Assembly: GCA_964016885.1 (NCBI GenBank)
Contig: OZ024746.1
Location: 63,054,001 to 63,118,000 of the forward strand
Reading direction: 5' to 3'
DNA: 64,000 bases
DNA from: Eledone cirrhosa
Lineage: Eukaryota
Of the stretch, positions 54,121 to 64,000 are shown in pieces. Below the pieces are notes generated by a model. That model saw nothing but the letters and a program-made list of their open reading frames with translations, ran no database searches and had not been told where the DNA came from. How positions within the stretch are numbered: the stretch's first letter is position 1; each line of letters opens with the position of its first letter. Both the position numbers and the translations under genes were made by a program.

Positions 54121-54544
54121 AAATCATAAACATTTCAAGTAGTTTCCTTTTTACAACTGCCTATCTTTAAAAAAAAGTCTTCATCATTTCCGGTGCAGAG
54201 CTGGTGAAGCAGTCGGGAATAGAGAATATCTGCAATCGGGAATTCTATAAATTTGCCAAACAAGCCATTTGAGATTTCATTACATGCTATAAAAACATAT
54301 ACATATATATTTATAATTTAATCTTGAAAAGGCGAGTTAATTTTTATTTTGTAAACAAACGAAAATTTTAAATCCTATATTTCGGCACAAAAAATAGTCA
54401 AACCATAACTGTTAGAAAACACTAGAAATAAATGTATGTAGTATGTGAAGTTCATTTTTTTAGGTGATTTGTATTTTAAAAAACGCCATTGAATTGTTGA
54501 TTTACAAGGAAGAAAACTGACTACAGTTTTTATACCAGCGAGTA

Positions 54545-54869
54545 GATGAGGCGACGAATTCGCGGTCGTTAGAATGCTTTGCTGTATTCGTTCCGGCTGT
54601 CTGCGCTCTGAGTTCAAATCCCGCCAAGGTCAACTTTGTCTTTTATCCTTTCGAGATCGATAAAAAAAAGTACCAGTCCAGTGCTGGAGTCGTTTCTTTC
54701 TCTGTATCTCTTTCTCACTTCATCTATCAATCCCTCTCTTGCTGTGGAAGAAATCGGTTCTGTTCAGACCGGGAGAGAAAACGAGTTCCCCAGAGGTTTT
54801 TTTTTTAAATGTCCAAGAAACACCGTATGTTACTACGGCACCCGCACGACTCAACTAAGAGTTACGGGT
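54545..54869 (+). mobile_element. SINE family A head, CT-rich linker, module C
   Basis: GAGTTCAAATCCC, central domain, then GAAATCGGTTCTGTTCAGACC...GAGTTACGGG. Confidence 0.65.
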
Positions 54870-55124
54870 AAAAAAAAAGAAAGAAAAAGATAGAAAGAAT
54901 AATAATGTTATTCTAGTCGTATTTTTTAATTGCAAGCCACATGAGATGATATCACAATATGATCTATCTTGATATAACTAGTTTAATTAAACTTAATTGT
55001 GATGTGATGTCTGGATAGACGGATGTAATTTATAGCCCTAGTTAACAGAGATAATTGTATGTGATGACAATAGACAGAAACAGTTATCAATTTCGATAAT
55101 TAAATTGTTGCTATTACAAGTAAT

Positions 55125-56180
55125 ATAATTCATCACAAAAGATGCCCAAAGATACAGTAATGGACTACAAATTTCAGAAGTCCCATTTACTGCTGAAATG
55201 GAAAACACAGAAAAAGCAAAGCAGGTAAAAGTAACTGCAAAGAAAGACTGCTACAGAAACTGGCTAAGAAATGGTAAGAAAAGCCTCTGTATGGAAAATA
55301 CCCAGAAAGAGCTAACAATCCTGATGTTGATAAAACTTTAACCCATCAGTGGTTGGCATCCTCTGGACTGAAATCGGAGACTGAAGGACTAATTATATCA
55401 GCACAAGATCAGTGTCTGCCAACAAAAAATTACCAAGCCAACATAATAAAAAAATGGATGCAACCTATTGTGCCGTGTATGTAAAAAAACAACCAGAGAC
55501 CATTGATCATATAATTTCAATGTGCAGTCCTATAGCTCCAACCGAATACCTAAACAGGCATGACAGAGCTGCACAATACATACATTGGATAATGTGTAAG
55601 CATTTTGACCTGCCCCATCAAAAGAATTGGTGGGAGCATCAACCACCTCCCATACTTGAAAAAGATTACATCTCAATCTTGTGGAACTTTAGCATCCAAA
55701 CAGACCGAAAAATAGATGCAAATAGACCTGATATAATACTGAAGGATTTTAAAAAGAGGGTATGCCTGCTAATTGATATGTCCGTTCCAATAGACAAGAA
55801 TGTATCTATAAAAACATTTGAAAAATTGAGCAAGTATAAGGACCTGGAGATAGAAATTGGAAAAATGTGGAAATTGAGAACTAAAACAATACCAGTGGTT
55901 GTAGGCGCTCTAGGAATGATACCTAAAGGGTCTAATGATTACTTATCGCAAATCCCAGGAAACCCGCGTATAGGAGAAATACAAAAGATAGTACTAATGG
56001 GAACTGCCCATATACTAAGGAAGATTCTGTCAATATAAGTACATCACAAGTCTAAACACCTAAAGATGCATGTGTGTGTATGTATGTTCTTTCTTGAACA
56101 TGGCGGAGCTTGTTGTCTCTTGAGGTCACTGGTTGTGACTTGGTGATAACTCGTATGAACATAAAGCAAGATAAATGCAA
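55125..56180 (+). mobile_element. 5'-truncated R4/Dong-type non-LTR retrotransposon with restriction-like endonuclease
   Basis: WLASSGLKSETEGLIISAQDQ, frameshifted CRVC...ETIDHIISMC knuckle, RHD, RPDIIL, LIDMSVP, KLSKYKDL, VVGALG; ends in (TAA)n. Confidence 0.85.
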
Positions 56181-56208
56181 TTATAATAATAATAATAATA
56201 ATAATAAT

Positions 56209-56392
56209 AATTGTTTCTACTTTTGGCACAAGGCCAGTAATTATCCCAGTGCATTACTGGTACTTTATTTTATCGACCCCGTAAGGATGAAAGGCAAAGT
56301 TAACCTCGGCGGGATTTGAACTCAGATCATAAAGGGGCGTAACTCTATACGTGAAAGCATGGCGTCCGACCCTCTACCGATACTGCCAATCG
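56209..56392 (-). mobile_element. SINE family A, tail-to-tail with the Dong-type element
   Basis: Shares the (AAT)n run at ~56183-56209. Confidence 0.88.
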
Positions 56393-57209
56393 ACCAATGT
56401 CCGTTTACAATTGTTTCGCTACTCCATATAATGTTTCTGGATCAAATGATTATAGATCATTATTGATCTGGTTCAGATGAAGGTTTAACTTAGGTAAAAA
56501 TGGAGCAGTTCATCGGAACTTCAAAAGAGATAATGAAAATAATAATTCACCAATCTCTCTTCTCCTCTCCTATCTCCATCTCTCTCTTTAAGATTGGTTT
56601 ACTCTTGAACTGTATATATATATATATATGTATATATATGTATATATATGTATATATGTATAGATATGTATATATATATATATAAAAACTTAAGAAAATT
56701 AACAAAGAGAAGACAAGACAACGAACGGAAACAAAACAAAATGAAAAATAATTTTTTTAAGGTGAAACTTTAAAAAATTATCTTTTTTAAATAAAGATAC
56801 AAACGGAGAGCACAGAACTCCATGACCATCTGTCGTTGAGACGGACTTTGACAGTTTCGACCCCGACCAACGATACTGCTGGTCCACCCGAAGTCAAAGC
56901 ATATATATATGTGTGTGTGTATACATATATGTGTGTGTGTACAATTTGTTTTAGCTCTTAATGAAACGAAATTTCATTTCCCACTCTTAGTATGGCTGTT
57001 ACTTAAATATAAGTATGTACACGTACATACATACATGTATACAGACGTACAGTAGTATGTATATATATATACATACATGTACACATATATATATATATAT
57101 GTACGTATGGATTCACCGAACATTTATTATCATGCTCGGTGTATTTGTAAACAAACATCCCGTATTAAGCCGTAGTGTCCAGCAACCATCGTTGCTCGTT
57201 TGTTCAACG

Positions 57210-57278
57210 CTGACAAAGGAACGCTGTACTATTTTCAAGCTTATTAGCTATCGTCAGCAATGTATACCTTCCTGCCAG
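57210..57278 (-). ncRNA. Hammerhead copy with mutated stem III (GAAAA for GAAAC)
   Basis: Plus strand TACTATTTTC where the other copies read TACTAGTTTC. Confidence 0.55.
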
Positions 57279-57421
57279 ATTGTTGAATGTATATACTTAC
57301 CTTATGCATATTAACGGCTGAGTAGCCCAATTTGCATATCGAGTGGGTTAATCGGCCGGGTGCACCGAAAACGAAAACTCAGCCGTTAATATCCATAAGG
57401 TAAGTATATACGTTCAACAAT

Positions 57422-57490
57422 CTGACAGGAAGGTATACGTTGCTGACGATAGCTAATAAGCTTGAAACTAGTACAGCGTTCCTTTGTCAG
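57422..57490 (+). ncRNA. Type I hammerhead ribozyme with extended, bulged stem I
   Basis: Core CUGACGA 57443-49, GAAAC 57464-68, GUA site 57471-73; stem I ACGUUG/CAGCGU extended by CUGACA-GGA / UCC-UU-UGUCAG. Confidence 0.8.
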
Positions 57491-57740
57491 TTTTGAACAA
57501 ACGAGCAACGATGGTTGCTGGACACTACGGCTTAATACGGGATGTTTGTTTACAAACACACCGAGCATTATAATAAATGTTCGGTGAATCCATACGTGCA
57601 TATATATATGTGTGCATGTATGTATATATATATACATACTACTGTACGTCTGTATACATGTATGTATGTACGTGTACATACTTATATTTAAGTAACAGCC
57701 GTACTAAGAGTGGGAAATGAAATTTCGTTTCATTTTTTCC

Positions 57741-57786
<46 letters not shown>

Positions 57787-57923
57787 CAAAGAAGGTGTGG
57801 TATGATACCAGGTGGACCATAACGCACCAGAGTTCTCAATACTAAGGGTTGTAGAGTGGGTAATAGGCCGTTTTGACAGCTAGATCCGAACGGTCGAAAC
57901 GGCCGGAGCTCAGCCGTCGGGGT

Positions 57924-57967
<44 letters not shown>

Positions 57968-58023
57968 AAATTAGAATTTAGTTCGAGCATAGCTGTATAC
58001 TATATATATATATATATATATGT

Positions 58024-58092
<69 letters not shown>

Positions 58093-58152
58093 TGCGCGTG
58101 TGTGTGTGTGTGCGTGTGTGTGTGTGTAATTTCTTTTCGCTCTTAATGAATA

Positions 58153-58205
<53 letters not shown>

Positions 58206-58542
58206 TATGACAGACAGACAGAAACGGATGATGGAATGATATAATATAGATATAAAGTACTAAAAGCATTCTTTGGGTCGCTTCATATCTATATTTGTAA
58301 CATAGGTATTCTATCGTACTTTAAAATCTAACATATGCCCATTCAACAATTGCTGCTAAGCATATCTAACATTTTTCTGTTGGTAGGATAGTATATAGTT
58401 CTGAATGTAACCTTGATAGAATACTGTTATCAAGCTAACCAACAATAGCTGAGGCCTTTCCTTCAAATCTATTGCCAACCCTAACACCATATTTAAACAA
58501 CCGCGCCCTTTGCGTATGTGTGGATGTCGGTGTGTATATATA

Positions 58543-59680
<1,138 letters not shown>

Positions 59681-59963
59681 GTGTGAATGTGTATGTGTGT
59701 GTATATATGTGTATATATATATACGTGTGTATATATCTGTGTGTATGTGCGTGTGAATGTGTATGTATGTATATATGTGTGTATATATGTGTGTGTACAT
59801 ATGTGTGTATGTGTGTGTGAATGTGTATGTAAGTATGTGTGTATGTATGTGTGTGTGTATGTGTGTATGTATGTGTGTATGTATGTGTGTATGTATGTGT
59901 GTATGTGTGTATCTGTGTGTATGTGTGTGTGTCTGTGTGAAAAGAAAGAAATACGTGCACAAA

Positions 59964-60171
59964 ATGTTAGTTGCTTTGTATATTAGTTGCCTTGTATGTT
60001 AGTTGTCTTGTATGTTAGTTGCCTTGTATGTTAGTTGCCTTGTATGTTAGTTGCCTTGTATGTTAGTTGCCTTGTATGTTAGTTGCCTCCTATATTAGTT
60101 GTCTTGTATGTTAGTTGCCTTGTATGTTAGTTGCCTTGTATATTAGTTGCCTTGTATGTTAGTTGCCTTGT
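59964..60171. repeat. 16-bp minisatellite (TGTTAGTTGCCTTGTA)n
   Basis: About 13 units. Confidence 0.95.
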
Positions 60172-61212
60172 GCGTGCGTGAAGCACGGACGTACTTTTGG
60201 CACGGGAAAAATGCACATAAAAGTAGATTTTTGTGCTTACTGAAGACTAAAACTTAGAAGGAACATTGAATGCAGTGTGTCTTCTTAAAATACCACTTGA
60301 TAAGTCTAACGTGAGTCAAACCAACGAGAAAAATCCGCTAACAATGAAGATGGGACAACGAAAGAACCTTTATAGGGCTATTCGTTGCTAGAGGGTAAAA
60401 AAACACCACCTTCGGTCACAAATAACCATGGGTTTTGAACCGAGAAAGTTCCTCTCTGGGGTGCAATCCTGGATAAGGTGATTTTGTGGAAGACCAACAG
60501 TCGCCTATACATACCAGTCTCCCATCTCCACGTCACTAATGTTGTCCAAGAGAAAGGAAATGGCTGATACAACTTGACACCAGTGACGTCGCCAACTCAT
60601 TTCTATAGCTGAGTGGACTGGGAAACGAACTCACAACCTCACGATTGTGAATCCTACGCTCTAATCAATAAGCCACACTCTTTCACATATTCTGCTAGAA
60701 ATAGCAATCAAATTTCCTTCAAATCACACCTTATCGTCTTTAAAAAAAATACATTAGATAACGTGATCGTGGGGTCCTATAGACACAGGAAAAAGACTGG
60801 ATGGTCATGGCTAGAATACATTTGATGATATGTTTGCTCAGAATTAACCTGGTGTTAAATAACAAGTAAAAGGGGTAGCTAACAGAGACAGTCCTTCTCA
60901 AAGTTCTCGATTCGATAGAGTGCAGCGCTTGATAAAAACCATTCTAATCAACAAATGTGTTTTTACGCGGCCAATCGACCAGTTATATGTAGTACCAGTG
61001 CCGGATATACCATTGTACTTAGGTGTGCTTAAACACAGGGCACCGTTGACTAGGGGAGACCATCTTCCCGATGACTGCCTGTGTAGACCTACCGGGCTTA
61101 CCTCCTTCAGGGCCCATGTAGGAGGCCTCATAACTTAACTAGCACAGAGCCTCGTTTCTCCTAAACCCGGCACTGTGTAGTGTACTAACTCTCCTGTAAA
61201 TTTCACTCTACA

Positions 61213-61366
61213 GTTCTTCTTCTTCTTCGTCCACTTATTCCTGAGAGGGTTGTAGGGTCAGAGTCCTCAAACACTCTTTCCATCGAGTCCTGTCAGAAAC
61301 AACCGTCTCCAACTGATCCGACTGGATCCCCAAGCGTGACTAGCCAAGCTCATGGATGTTATCCAA
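61213..61366 (-). mobile_element. RTE-type LINE 3' end with (GAA)n tail
   Basis: Minus strand LDNIHELG*SRLGIQSDQLETVVSDRTRWKECL. Confidence 0.65.
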
Positions 61367-61418
61367 AAGTTAACATTAAAAAAAAACGAAAGAAGAAAAA
61401 CACATTAGATATTATAAT

Positions 61419-61621
61419 TGTTTCTACTTTTTGCACAAGGCCAGCAATTACCCAGTGCATTACTGGTACTTTATTTTATCGACCCCGCCGAGGTTAACTT
61501 TGCCTTTCATCCTTAGATGAAAGGCAGAATTAACCTCGGCGGGATTTGAACTCAGAATGGCAAGGGCCGTAACTCTATGCGTCAAAGCATGGCGTCCGAC
61601 CCTCTACCGATACTACCAATC
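61419..61621 (-). mobile_element. SINE family A with 18-bp TSD and internal inverted duplication
   Basis: TSD CACATTAGATATTATAAT at 61401-61418 and 61622-61639. Confidence 0.88.
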
Positions 61622-61897
61622 CACATTAGATATTATAATGATTGATATACAAAAAAAAAGAAGCCTGGAAATCCTTTGGTCATAGGTCTGCTGATTAAGC
61701 GCAGACTTGAGGTTAAACCGTAGCAGCATTTATAGACTGTCATTGTATGTTTGTTTACATATTAGATTTGTCTTAACTAAACGATATTCCAGATTATAAT
61801 GTTAAGTACACCCGAACGCACAATACGTCACTGCTAATAATAGGTAAAGCAATTGCAATGTCAAGTGTTGGTAAAAGGGGAGGGAATACAGGTTTTT

Positions 61898-62512
61898 AAC
61901 AACAGCCACATTGTTAATACAAACAGCAACAATATAAAGAACAACAACAGCAATATGAAGATCAACAACAATATAAAGAAGAACAACAACAATACGAAGA
62001 ACAACAACAATACAAACAACAATAATAACAACAGCAACGATAACACCGATGACGACGACGACGACCATGACAACAACAACAACAACAACAACAGCAACAG
62101 CAACACACACACAACAACCACAACAACAACAACATCAACAGCAACAGCAACAGCAACAGTAACACCTATAACAACAACAACAACAACAACACAACAACAA
62201 CCACAACAACAGCAACAGCAACAGCAATAGTAACACCTATAACAACAACAACAGCAACAGCAACACACACAACAACCACAACAACAACAACATCAACAGC
62301 AACAGCAACAGCAACAGTAACACCTATAACAACAACAACAACAACACAACAACAACAACAGCAACAGCAACAGCAATAGTAACACCTATAACAACAACAA
62401 CAACAGCAACAGCAACAGCAACAACAGTAGGAACACCTATAACAACAACAACAACACCCACCACCACCACCACCACCACAGCAACAACAACAACAACAAC
62501 ACATCAGCAACA
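61898..62512. repeat. (AAC/AGC)-rich low-complexity array with higher-order anchor AGTAACACCTATAAC
   Basis: Directly visible. Confidence 0.9.
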
Positions 62513-62905
62513 TATTCTACAGTGCAATATTTATATTTTCTAACACCATACAATCACTTCAAGATGGTTAAATAAGTGTGTAATAATATTAAGAAATATT
62601 CAGCCGTTTATTTGTTCCTTTTACTATTTTATTTCGTTTCTTCACAAGAATAATATAACATGAATAAATATTGATAAATGTGTATGTTGTTGTTGGCTTA
62701 ATGCATTGAGTATGTTTAACTTAACAACCTGAGGGGGGGAGGTTTTGAGGGACGTAGGCGAAGGTATGAACAATGTTATGTCAAGTTTGTTATATATCTA
62801 GGCTTGGTTTTTTTTTACATTGCCGAACCTATTGTAACGTTTCCTCACTCACTCACACACACACATACACACACACATACACACACAGAGACAAACAGAC
62901 AGTCA

Positions 62906-62998
<93 letters not shown>

Positions 62999-63312
62999 AA
63001 ACAAATCATAGATGACAGCATGTTAAATATATTTTCTAAATATGCCATACAAAGAATAATGGGGTCGACCAGTTACAAAGTTAGCGGAAGTTAAAGTGAC
63101 CGGAAGTTGATATATTATATTAAATGGTAGAATTAATATTGATTTGTCAGCATTGAACTTGATTTGTTTTGCTTTAAATTCGTTAACAACCCGAACAGCA
63201 ACAATAACAGTAGTACCACTAATGACTTGTGATTGTAACGAAGCCAATTTGGAAGATATGTATAGCCAATTAGAGCAAAGTCAAATATCAATGCATGAGT
63301 TGGCGTTGGAAC

Positions 63313-63716
63313 AACCATAGTGGTTCTAGGGGAGGCTTGACCCAGAATTGCAGTTCAATTTAAGATGCATTCCGTGGAAAAGTATATCTATATTAATCTT
63401 CGCAAGTTCGGGGTCCTGTTTTCAGTATTGGATCCCTCTATAATATAACCATAGTGGTTAAATAGTAGAATTGCAGCTCAATTAAAGATGCATTCCGTGG
63501 AAAAATATGTCTATTTTAATCTTAGCAAGTTTCGGGTCCTGTTTTCAGTATCGGATCACTGTATTATATAACCATAGTGGTTAAATATTAGAGTTCTGGG
63601 GCAGGGGTTGACCCAGAATTGCAGCTCAATTTAAGATGCATTTCGTGGAAAAGTATGTCTATTTTAATCTTAGCCAGTTTTTGGTCCTGTTTTCAGTATT
63701 GGACCACTGTATTATA
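63313..63716. repeat. Three diverged tandem copies of a ~125-150-bp unit
   Basis: AGAATTGCAG.TCAATT.AAGATGCATT.CGTGGAAAA at ~63344, 63467 and 63615. Confidence 0.85.
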
Positions 63717-64000
63717 CAACGGTATTTGGTCAGCAATCAAGATAATGTTTTCCTGTCAGTCTGTTAAGGGTTTTCCCCAAAAACACTGTTACTATACGAC
63801 GAATTATCAATACGACTAATCACTGACCAGGAATCTCTGCAGATGTTGCTGTTGTAGAACGTCCATGACTTTGGATCATCACCCGCTGCATTTCTAGTTC
63901 ACTCTAGAGATGCTTCGATGTCTTGGAAGATATATTTGTGGAAACATCTCATTCGCTAGCGTTAGTAAGCGACTGAAATGGCACATTGTACACATGCAGA

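Larger units (their letters stand above)
56960..57734. mobile_element. Same retrozyme-like family as an inverted repeat (one full 398-nt unit plus inverted partial)
   Basis: Arms 56960-57323 / 57377-57734, 53-nt spacer; homologous to 52869-53450. Confidence 0.8.

Noticed and set aside
56840-56900. Hammerhead-like GAAAC-U-GUC on the minus strand
   Set aside because: The core reads CGGGUGG rather than CUGANGA; at best a dead relic

Overview
Gene-free, repeat-saturated animal DNA; the SINE families and microsatellite load suggest a cephalopod (Octopus-like), which is an inference. No host exon could be supported. The main features are: (1) two different full-length Tx1/L1-clade non-LTR retrotransposons stacked head-to-tail (15341-26666), each bounded by (TATC)n, the first intact and the second disabled; (2) several non-coding elements embedded in (TA)n with inverted or partial-tandem, Penelope/retrozyme-like architecture, carrying type I hammerhead ribozyme folds, including a ~400-nt family present in two circular permutations; (3) two Helitron-like elements inserted at the same A|T position of a 40-bp minisatellite; (4) an R4/Dong-type REL retrotransposon 3' fragment, RTE fragments, a decayed third Tx1 interrupted by a MITE, many tRNA-derived SINEs, and many mini/microsatellites. 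All calls are by eye; no database searches or folding programs were run.
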